Shown: piece after piece, positions 56,476 to 64,000 of the stretch | How the letters are laid out: every line of letters starts with the position of its first letter | How positions within the stretch are numbered: position 1 is the first letter of the stretch | Assembly: GCA_028283825.1 (NCBI GenBank) | Contig: JAPWJW010000004.1 | Span: 2,292-66,291, forward strand | DNA length: 64,000 nt | DNA from: Azospirillaceae bacterium | GTDB taxonomy: Bacteria; Pseudomonadota; Alphaproteobacteria; Azospirillales; Azospirillaceae | Reading direction: 5' to 3' | Notes under the pieces: generated by a model | The model's database searches: none | What the model was told of the DNA's origin: nothing | Seen by the model: the letters and a program-made list of their open reading frames with translations, nothing else | Program-made: the position numbers and the translations under genes

Positions 56476-58050
56476 TTACTTCAGATCAAGCACAACGATG
56501 GACTTGGCCGGCAAGGTCAGGCCCAGGGTTCCCTTGTCCAGGCTGGCGCCGGTGAAGGCGGCCGGCCGGACGGTGTCGGGGTGGTCGAAGGTGTTGACGC
56601 TGTTGATGGCCGGGGCCGTCAGGATGCGGCCCGCCACCGTGCTGGCGGAAATGCCGGGCAGGCTGGCGCGCACGTCAATGACCCGGTGCGGGTCCAGATT
56701 GACCAGGGCCACGTGGACCACGCCCTGGGCGTCGCGCGCCGCCGTGCCGTGGAGCATAGGCACGGTGACGTCGCCCAGCTTGTACTCCGGCGCGTTGAGG
56801 TTCAGGGGCAGGTCGGTGGCGCCCTGGAAACCCTTGTACAGGTCGAAGACATGGTAGGTGGGCGTCAGCACCATGCGCGGGCCGTCGGTCAGGATCATGG
56901 CCTGCAGCACGTTCACCATCTGGGCGACGTTGGCCATGCGCACGCGGTCGGCATGGGCGTGGAAAATGTCCAGGGTGACGGCGGCGACCAGGGCGTCGCG
57001 CAGGCTGTTCTGCTGATAGAGGAAGCCGGGGTTGGTGCCGGGTTCCACATCCGTCCACACGCCCCACTCGTCCACGACAAGGGCGACCTTCTTCTCAGGG
57101 TCGTACTTGTCCATGATGGCGGAATGCTTGGTGACCAGCTCATCCATGTAAAGGGCGCGCGACAGGGTGGAAATCCACTGGTCCTCGCCGAAGGCGGTGG
57201 CACTGCCCTTCTGTTTCCAGACGCCGGTGGGGATGGTGTAGTAATGCAGGCTCAGGCCGTCCATCATCTTGGACACCTCGCGCATCATCACCTCGGTGAA
57301 GTTGTAGTCGCCTTCGTTGGGGCCGCTGGCGATCCTGCCCACCTTCTGGTCGCCGGGCACCTTCACGAAGGACTGGTAGCGGCGGTAGAGGTCGGCGGCG
57401 TATTCGGGCCGCATGTTGCCGCCGCAGCCCCAGACCTCGTTGCCGACGCCGACGTAGCTCAGCTTCCACGGCTGGTCGCGGCCGTTGGCCCGGCGCTCAT
57501 CCGCCAGCGTGGAGTGGGAGGGGGAGGTGATGTACTCCACCCACTGCGCCATGTCGCGGGGCGAGCCGCTGCCCATGTTGCCGGCGATATAGGCGTCGGC
57601 CCCCACCAGTTCGGTGAATTCCATGAATTCGTTGGTGCCGACGGCGTTGTCCTCCTCCACCCCGCCCCAGGTGGTGTTCACCCGCTTGGGCCGTTTGGCG
57701 CGCGGACCGATGCCGTCGCGCCAGTCGTATTCGTCGGCGAAGCAGCCGCCCGGCCAGCGGATCACCGGCACGCGCACCGCCTTCAGCGCCGCGATCACGT
57801 CGTTGCGGAAGCCGTGGGTGTTGGGTATGGATGATTTCTCGCCAACCCAGATGCCGTTATAGATGCCGTGGCCCAGATGCTCGGCGAACTGGCCGTAGAT
57901 GTGCCGGTCGATCACGGCGCCCGGCTGGTCGCCATGGACGGCGACGGTGGCCGTTACGTCGGCCGCGGCGGCGGGCAGGGCCCCCAAGGCCGTGGCCAGA
58001 CCCGTCAGCAGCACCGGCAGCGAACGCGCGAAGGTATGCAAATGCTTCAC
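56476..58050 (-). CDS. abfA: Alpha-L-arabinofuranosidase GH51 (signal peptide)
   Basis: [37 protein letters not shown]. Confidence 0.93.
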   Translation of the reverse strand: MKHLHTFARSLPVLLTGLATALGALPAAAADVTATVAVHGDQPGAVIDRHIYGQFAEHLGHGIYNGIWVGEKSSIPNTHGFRNDVIAALKAVRVPVIRWPGGCFADEYDWRDGIGPRAKRPKRVNTTWGGVEEDNAVGTNEFMEFTELVGADAYIAGNMGSGSPRDMAQWVEYITSPSHSTLADERRANGRDQPWKLSYVGVGNEVWGCGGNMRPEYAADLYRRYQSFVKVPGDQKVGRIASGPNEGDYNFTEVMMREVSKMMDGLSLHYYTIPTGVWKQKGSATAFGEDQWISTLSRALYMDELVTKHSAIMDKYDPEKKVALVVDEWGVWTDVEPGTNPGFLYQQNSLRDALVAAVTLDIFHAHADRVRMANVAQMVNVLQAMILTDGPRMVLTPTYHVFDLYKGFQGATDLPLNLNAPEYKLGDVTVPMLHGTAARDAQGVVHVALVNLDPHRVIDVRASLPGISASTVAGRILTAPAINSVNTFDHPDTVRPAAFTGASLDKGTLGLTLPAKSIVVLDLK

Positions 58051-58168
58051 CCTTGCCTCCCTAGGGTGCCAGTCCTCGATCATGGGTGAGGGCGCGGTGC
58101 GTTGGCCCTGTACGATGATCGTTTAACCGGTCACCTAATCCTGGCCCTGGGCCAGTGGCTTTGTTATT

Positions 58169-58180
58169 TTGTCAGAGTAA
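58169..58180. promoter_or_regulatory. GntR-type operator copy 1
   Basis: TTGTCAGAGTAA; related copies at 59169 and 62731. Confidence 0.65.
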
Positions 58181-58225
58181 TAGGAAACTCCGATCCGGAG
58201 GCAAGCGTTTTTAGCATTCAAAAAT

Positions 58226-58237
58226 GCAAGCGCTTGC
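58226..58237. promoter_or_regulatory. LacI-type palindromic operator
   Basis: GCAAGCGCTTGC. Confidence 0.45.
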
Positions 58238-58319
58238 GCGATGGTGTCGCAGGGGAATGCGAGAAATTCCAGAAGTGCTTCATTTATATGGTTAATTACG
58301 GAATCCCGAAGGAGGAGCC

Positions 58320-59123
58320 GTGAGCACAAAAAAAACGAACGGGGGGGTTGCGAAGACGTCGCCAACCACCCCCAAGGGAGGTGGGGCGGTGGCTGCCAAG
58401 GCGTCCGGCAAGGAACGAATCCATGGCACCATCGCCCATAAACTCGGGGTACTGATCATTTCCGGGCACTATCAGCCCGGTCAATTGCTGGACAATGAGG
58501 TGACGTTCAGCGAGCAACTGGCGGTATCGCGCAGCGCCTATCGTGAGGCCATGCGCACCCTGACGGCCAAGGGGCTGGTGGAAAGCCGGCCCAAGACCGG
58601 CACGCGGGTGAGCGACCGCGGCCGCTGGCACCTGCTGGATCCGGAGGTGCTGGCCTGGTTCTTCGAGGCCCGGCCCAGCCTGGATTTCATCCGTGGCCTG
58701 TTCGAACTGCGCATGCTGGTGGAGCCGGAGGCGGCCGCCCTGGCGGCGGCGCGGCGCCAGTCGGAAGACCTGTCCCGCATGCGCAAGGCCCTGCAACGCA
58801 TGGAGAAATTTACCCTGGCGGTGGAGGAGGGGCGCCTGGCCGACCGGGACTTCCACGACGCCCTGCTGGAGGCGACGCGCAACCCCCTGCTGATCGCGCT
58901 GTCCAGCAGCATCGGTGCCGCCGTGCAGTGGACTACCATCTATAAACAGCGCCATCGCTCCCTGCCCCGCGACCCGGTGCCGGACCACTGGCGGGTGTTC
59001 GACGCCATCGCCGTGGGCAGCGCCGATGAGGCCCGCGCCAGCATGCAGGCCCTGGTGGAACTGGCCCACCGGGACACCGATTTGTCCCTGGAAGATCCCA
59101 CCCCTGGCAGCCCTGCGACGTAA
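58320..59123 (+). CDS. GntR/FadR-family regulator
   Basis: VSRSAYREAM...KGLVESRPKTGT. Confidence 0.9.
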   Translation: MSTKKTNGGVAKTSPTTPKGGGAVAAKASGKERIHGTIAHKLGVLIISGHYQPGQLLDNEVTFSEQLAVSRSAYREAMRTLTAKGLVESRPKTGTRVSDRGRWHLLDPEVLAWFFEARPSLDFIRGLFELRMLVEPEAAALAAARRQSEDLSRMRKALQRMEKFTLAVEEGRLADRDFHDALLEATRNPLLIALSSSIGAAVQWTTIYKQRHRSLPRDPVPDHWRVFDAIAVGSADEARASMQALVELAHRDTDLSLEDPTPGSPAT

Positions 59124-59168
59124 GGGGTGCAGAAAAGCGTTTGATCTGGTTTTGGCTGATTCCCTATA

Positions 59169-59180
59169 TTGTCTGAGTAA
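59169..59180. promoter_or_regulatory. GntR-type operator copy 2
   Basis: TTGTCTGAGTAA. Confidence 0.65.
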
Positions 59181-59260
59181 ATGCCGGCCGCACCGGAATC
59201 GTGTCCGGCGGCCGCATCCGCATGAGAGATAACAACGACCGTTGGTCGGGAGGAGAAGCG

Positions 59261-60247
59261 ATGTCCGCAAGTCTGGTGCAATTGCGTGCCGAGGATGGCA
59301 CCCGTCTGGTCGCCCTGGTGAACGCCGACGGCGCGCACCGCGTCCTGGGCGTGGACAGCACCTATGCCCTGGCCCGCCAGGCGATCGCGCAAGGCAAGAC
59401 CCTGTTGCAGACCGTCGAGGCGCTGGGCCTGGGTGAGGCGGTGGACGTGGCGGCCGCCCTGGCGGCGGGCCGTGTGCTGGCCCCCATCGACCATCCCGAT
59501 TCCGCGCATCTGGTGCTGGCCGGCACCGGCCTGACCCATCTGGGCTCCGCCGAGGGTCGCGACGCCATGCACAAGGCCGCCGCTTCCGGCACCACCGATT
59601 CCATGCGCATGTTCAAGATGGGCCTGGACGGCGGCAAGCCGCCCAAGGGTGAGGTCGGCGTGCAGCCGGAATGGTTCTACAAGGGTGACGGCGGCTCCGT
59701 CATCCCGTCGGGTGCCGCCATCCCGTCGCCCGCCTTCGCCCTGGACGGGGGGGAGGAGCCGGAACTGGCCGGCATCTACATCATCGGCGATGACGGCGTG
59801 CCCTATCGCCTGGGCCACAGCCTGGCCAATGAGTTCTCCGACCATGTGACGGAGCGCGGCAACTATCTGTGGCTGGCCCATTCCAAGCTGCGCAACGCCG
59901 CCCTGGGTGCGGAACTGCTGCTGGGCGATCTGCCGCAGAAGGTGGAAGGCACCAGCCGCATCCTGCGCGACGGCAAGACGCTGTGGGAGAAGCCCTTCCT
60001 GTCGGGTGAGGGCAACATGTCCCACAGCCTGGACAATCTGGAACACCACCACTTCAAGTACGCGCAGTTCCGCCGGCCGGGCGATGTGCACGTCCACTTC
60101 TTCGGCACCGCCACCCTGTCGGTGTCCGACGGCATCAAGACCCAGGAAGGCGATGTGTTTGAAATTTCGGCCGCGCCCTTCCGTTTCCCCTTGAGCAACC
60201 GCCTGACGGTGGCCGCGGCCGAAACGGTCGTGGTGCGCGCGCTGTGA
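59261..60247 (+). CDS. AraD1/GguC-family FAH-superfamily protein
   Basis: GTGLTHLGSA, TDSMRMF, QPEWFYKG, NEFSDHVTE. Confidence 0.85.
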   Translation: MSASLVQLRAEDGTRLVALVNADGAHRVLGVDSTYALARQAIAQGKTLLQTVEALGLGEAVDVAAALAAGRVLAPIDHPDSAHLVLAGTGLTHLGSAEGRDAMHKAAASGTTDSMRMFKMGLDGGKPPKGEVGVQPEWFYKGDGGSVIPSGAAIPSPAFALDGGEEPELAGIYIIGDDGVPYRLGHSLANEFSDHVTERGNYLWLAHSKLRNAALGAELLLGDLPQKVEGTSRILRDGKTLWEKPFLSGEGNMSHSLDNLEHHHFKYAQFRRPGDVHVHFFGTATLSVSDGIKTQEGDVFEISAAPFRFPLSNRLTVAAAETVVVRAL

Positions 60248-61179
60248 CGGGCGCGTCACCGGTGATCCTGGGGCTGGTCGGCGTCGGCAAGATCGCGCGC
60301 GACCAGCACCTGCCGGCCATCGCCGCCGACGGCCGCTTCCGGCTTCAGGCGGTGGCCAGCCGGCACGCCACCGTGGACGGCGTGCCCAGCTATCACGACA
60401 TCGGCCAGATGCTGGATGCGGAGGGGGATATCACCGCTGTCTCCCTCTGCACCCCGCCGCAGGGGCGCCACGACCTGGCGCGCCAGGCGCTGGAACGCGG
60501 CTGCCACGTCATGCTGGAAAAGCCGCCGGGCGCTACCCTGGCGGAGATCGACGATCTGCGCCATGCGGCGGAGCGGGCCGGCCGCACCCTGTTCGCCACC
60601 TGGCACTCCCGCTTCGCGCCCGCCGTGGAACCGGCGCGGGCCTGGCTGGCCGACAAGACGCTGCGGTCCGTGAAGGTGGATTGGCGCGAGGACGTGCGCC
60701 ATTGGCACCCCGGCCAGGAATGGATTTGGGAGCCCGGTGGCCTGGGCGTGTTCGACCCCGGCATTAACGCCCTGTCCATCCTGACCCGCCTGCTGCCGCG
60801 CCCGGTGTTCGTGGACCAGGCGGTGCTGCGTTTCCCCAGCAACCGTCAGACCCCGGTCGCCGCCGACCTGAAGCTGCGGGATGAGGGCGGCCTGCCCATC
60901 ACCGTCGGGTTCGACTGGCTGCAAACCGGCCCGCAGACCTGGAACATCGAGGTCGAGACCGACCCCGGCACCCTGCTGCTGACCCACGGCGGCGCCCGCC
61001 TGTACCGGGATGGGCAAGAGGTGCTGAACGAGAAGGAGGCGGAATATCCCCGCCTGTACGACCGTTTCGCCCGCCTGATCGCCGAAGGCCGGTCGGACGT
61101 GGACATCAGCCCCCTGCGCCTGGTGTCCGACGCCTTCCTCAGCGGCCGGCGCGAGTTGGTGGAAGAGTTTTATTTTTGA
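60244..61179 (+). CDS. Gfo/Idh/MocA L-arabinose/D-galactose 1-dehydrogenase
   Basis: GVGKIARDQH, MLEKPP, FDPGINALS. Confidence 0.85.
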   Translation: MTGASPVILGLVGVGKIARDQHLPAIAADGRFRLQAVASRHATVDGVPSYHDIGQMLDAEGDITAVSLCTPPQGRHDLARQALERGCHVMLEKPPGATLAEIDDLRHAAERAGRTLFATWHSRFAPAVEPARAWLADKTLRSVKVDWREDVRHWHPGQEWIWEPGGLGVFDPGINALSILTRLLPRPVFVDQAVLRFPSNRQTPVAADLKLRDEGGLPITVGFDWLQTGPQTWNIEVETDPGTLLLTHGGARLYRDGQEVLNEKEAEYPRLYDRFARLIAEGRSDVDISPLRLVSDAFLSGRRELVEEFYF

Positions 61180-61197
61180 GGGATGTAGGGAAAATGG

Positions 61198-61235
61198 AAC
61201 GGGGGCCGGCAGCGATGCCGGCCCCCGTTTCGTTT
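61198..61235 (+). terminator. Rho-independent terminator
   Basis: AACGGGGGCCGGCA-GCGA-TGCCGGCCCCCGTT followed by T-rich tail. Confidence 0.75.
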
Positions 61236-61351
61236 GCGCTTTTGTATTTTCTAGGCCGCGACCGCGGCCGCCGCAGCATTCCGGGGAACGCAGTGGACTG
61301 GAATGCGAGGAAGGCAAGCCGGCGGATGCCGGCGCCCGCCGACTGAGGGCA

Positions 61352-62668
61352 TTAATCCAAAGTGCTCAATGTCTCGTCACCGGCGTCGTGGGTGGGGCGG
61401 CTGCCCCACAGGGCGTAGAACAGGACGTAGAGATAGCAGGCGGCCGGCAGGGCGAAGGACAGTTGCAGGCCGATGCGGTCGGCCAGGAAGCCCTGGCCCG
61501 CCGCCAGCGCGCCGCCGGCGATGGCCATGATCAGCAGGCCGGAGCCTTCCTCCGTCAGCGGGCCCAGGCCCTTGATGCCCAGGGTGAAGATGGTGGGGAA
61601 CATGATGGAATGGCAGAGGCCCACCAGGATGATGGTCCACATGGCCAGGGACCCGCCGGTGGCGATGGAGGTGGCGGTCAGGATGAAGGCGGCGACGCTG
61701 ACGGCGGCCAGCATCATCTGCGGCCGGATCCAGCGCATGGCGAAGCTGCCGACGAAACGCCCCACCATGGCCCCGCCCCAGAACAGCGAGACATAACCGG
61801 CGGCGTCGGCATGGCTGAGGTTGCCGATGTTGGGCAGCGACAGATAGTTCACCAGCATGCTGCCGATGCCGATCTCCGCGATCAGGTAGATGAAGATGGC
61901 CGGCACGCCGAACACCAGGTTGCGGTGCCGCCACAGGCTTTCCTTCGCCCGCTCCTTGGCGGCGACGCGCCGGGCGTTGCCGCCCAGATCCGGCAGCTTG
62001 AAGCGCCAGATGATAACGGCCAGGCCCAGCAGGATCAGGGTGATCAGGACGTAGGGCAGTTGCACCGCGTGGGCGTCGGCCAGGCGCTGGGCGTCGGTCA
62101 GGGCGCTTTCGGTGCCGCCGGTGGCGTTGCCCGAGGTGCTGCGGTTGAAGATCAGGATGCCGCCGAACAGCGGCGCCACCGTGGTGCCCAGGGAGTTGAA
62201 GGCCTGCACCAGGTTCAGCCGGCTGGAGGCGCTTTCGGCCGGGCCGATGACGGCGACATAGGGGTTGGCCGCCACCTGCAGCAGGGTGATGCCGGACGCC
62301 AGCACGAACAGCGCCACCAGGAAGATGGGGAAGGACGGCAATGCCGCCGCCGGCACGAACATCAGCGAGCCCAGCGCCATCACGCCGAGCCCGGCGACGA
62401 CGGACCGCTTGTAGCCCACCCGTTCCAGTACCTTGGCGCTGGGCAGCGACATGACGAAGTAGGCCAGGAAAAAGATGAACTGGATCAGCAGGGACTGGCC
62501 ATAGCTGAGGTCGAACACCGAGCGCAGGTGCGGCACCAGGATGTCGTTCAGGACGGTCGCGAAACCCCACATGAAGAAGATGCTGGCCAGCACCGCCAGG
62601 GCGCGTCCGTAGCTGCGCACCGGGCCTGATGCCACCGGGGCGCCAACGCCCGTGATACCGGCTGCCAT
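61352..62668 (-). CDS. MFS sugar transporter (FucP/GluP family)
   Basis: FFMWGF, LQVAANPYV, RLNLVQAFNSLGT, SIMFPTIF. Confidence 0.92.
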   Translation of the reverse strand: MAAGITGVGAPVASGPVRSYGRALAVLASIFFMWGFATVLNDILVPHLRSVFDLSYGQSLLIQFIFFLAYFVMSLPSAKVLERVGYKRSVVAGLGVMALGSLMFVPAAALPSFPIFLVALFVLASGITLLQVAANPYVAVIGPAESASSRLNLVQAFNSLGTTVAPLFGGILIFNRSTSGNATGGTESALTDAQRLADAHAVQLPYVLITLILLGLAVIIWRFKLPDLGGNARRVAAKERAKESLWRHRNLVFGVPAIFIYLIAEIGIGSMLVNYLSLPNIGNLSHADAAGYVSLFWGGAMVGRFVGSFAMRWIRPQMMLAAVSVAAFILTATSIATGGSLAMWTIILVGLCHSIMFPTIFTLGIKGLGPLTEEGSGLLIMAIAGGALAAGQGFLADRIGLQLSFALPAACYLYVLFYALWGSRPTHDAGDETLSTLD

Positions 62669-62730
62669 CGTCTTTTATCCTCCCAGAATTTTTATTTGCC
62701 GCCTTGCATACCCGGATGATCCAGGGTTAT

Positions 62731-62742
62731 TTGTCTGAGTAT
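62731..62742. promoter_or_regulatory. GntR-type operator copy 3
   Basis: TTGTCTGAGTAT between divergent MFS and galM. Confidence 0.65.
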
Positions 62743-62802
62743 TACGAGGCTGGGGCGGGTGTCAACCGCCTAATCAGCCGACGATAAATGGGAGGATAAC
62801 GA

Positions 62803-63951
62803 ATGAAGGTGTGGACGGGTGTGACCATTGTGGTCGCAGCACTGGCCCAGGCGGCCGTCGCCAACGCCGCCGATGCCCGGCGCGAGGCGTTCGGAACCAT
62901 GAACGACGGTGGCAAACCGGCCCCGGTCGAGTCCGTGGTGCTGAGCAACGGCCACGGTGTCAGCGCCCGCGTGCTGGCCTATGGCGCCACCTTGCAGTCG
63001 CTGGTGGTGCCCGGCCGTGATGGCCAGGGTGCCGACGTGGTGCTGGCCTACCCCGATGTCGCCGGCTATCAGGCGCACCCCAAATATTTCGGTGCCACCG
63101 TCGGCCGTTACGCCAACCGCATCAAGGAAGGTCGTTTCACCCTGGACGGCAAGGCCTATCAGCTGGCCACCAATGACGGACCCAACGCGCTGCACGGCGG
63201 CCGCCAGGGGTACGACAAGGTGCTATGGACCATCACCGAGGTGAAGAGCGGCCCCGCCGCCAGCGTCACCCTGACCCACACCAGCCCTGATGGGGATGAG
63301 GGTTATCCCGGCGCCCTGACGGTGCAGGTGACCTACAGCCTGGATGAGAAGAACGACCTGACCATCCGCTACAAGGCCACGACCGACAAGCCGACGGTGC
63401 TGAACCTGACCAACCACAGCCTGTTCAACATGGCGGGTGCGGCGTCGGGCCACACCGTGCTGGAACAGAAGCTGACCGTCGCGGCCGCGAACTACAGCCC
63501 CGTCAGCCCCACCCTGATCCCTGACGGTGGGGCCAAGCCGGTGGAGGGCACGCCCTTCGACTTCCGCACACCCCACCTGATTGGTGAGCGCATCCACGAC
63601 GGCCGCGACCCGCAGTTGCTGATCACCCAGGGCTATGACCACAACTATGTTCTGGATGGCGGCGTGACGGCGGAGCCGCGGTTGGCCGCCCGGTTCGAGG
63701 ATCCGGCATCCGGCCGCGTCATGGAAATCCTGACCACCGAGCCGGGCTTGCAGGTCTATTCCGGCAACTTCCTGAACGGCGACGTCGCCGGCGTGGGCGG
63801 CTACATCTACCGCCAGTCCGATGGCCTGGCGCTGGAGCCGCAGCACTTCCCCGACAGCCCCAACCGCCCCGACTTCCCCACCACCCGCCTCAACCCCGGC
63901 CAGACCTACACCCAGGTCTCCATCTACCGCTTCTCCACCACTGCAAAGTAA
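62803..63951 (+). CDS. galM: Aldose 1-epimerase (mutarotase) with signal peptide
   Basis: GRYANRI, LHGG, GYPG, LTNHSLFN, GYDHNY, LEPQHFPD. Confidence 0.92.
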   Translation: MKVWTGVTIVVAALAQAAVANAADARREAFGTMNDGGKPAPVESVVLSNGHGVSARVLAYGATLQSLVVPGRDGQGADVVLAYPDVAGYQAHPKYFGATVGRYANRIKEGRFTLDGKAYQLATNDGPNALHGGRQGYDKVLWTITEVKSGPAASVTLTHTSPDGDEGYPGALTVQVTYSLDEKNDLTIRYKATTDKPTVLNLTNHSLFNMAGAASGHTVLEQKLTVAAANYSPVSPTLIPDGGAKPVEGTPFDFRTPHLIGERIHDGRDPQLLITQGYDHNYVLDGGVTAEPRLAARFEDPASGRVMEILTTEPGLQVYSGNFLNGDVAGVGGYIYRQSDGLALEPQHFPDSPNRPDFPTTRLNPGQTYTQVSIYRFSTTAK

Positions 63952-64000
63952 GGGGTAGCCGTTCCATGACTTCACATCCCCCTGCGGGCGGCGTTGCCGC

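Noticed and set aside
1..64000. CRISPR array, rRNA genes or integrase att sites
   Set aside because: No regularly spaced repeat-spacer units, rRNA signatures or site-specific recombinase seen; the prophage ends are explained by transposition.

Overview
GC-rich alphaproteobacterial chromosome segment (Rhodospirillales-like; the taxon is an inference). It is dominated by an end-to-end, 41,794-bp Mu-like transposable prophage (2023-43816, TG...CA ends, 5-bp target duplication GCGAT) inserted in a TetR-family gene. The prophage has Mu-type early, transposition, late-activator and terminase genes, but a non-Mu head (portal-MuF-putative nuclease fusion, protease/scaffold, capsid with an inserted domain) and a non-contractile GTA/lambda-like tail. 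Flanking host genes: DUF1636 protein, galE, alpha/beta hydrolase, HWE kinase, a GntR + PLP-lyase + sugar ABC operon, a GNAT/DUF1778 toxin-antitoxin pair, and an arabinan/arabinose utilisation locus. The most notable signal lies just after the portal-MuF-nuclease gene, where no protein immunity gene is visible. A convergent sigma70-like promoter (TTGCCG-N17-TATTCT) starts exactly at an 89-nt multi-stem RNA with duplicated GAUAACU loops, a candidate RNA antitoxin for a virion-borne nuclease. Four genes carry small insertions (gemA, tape measure, kinase, TonB receptor) that may be real or sequencing errors. All family calls come from motif recognition by eye; no database searches were run.
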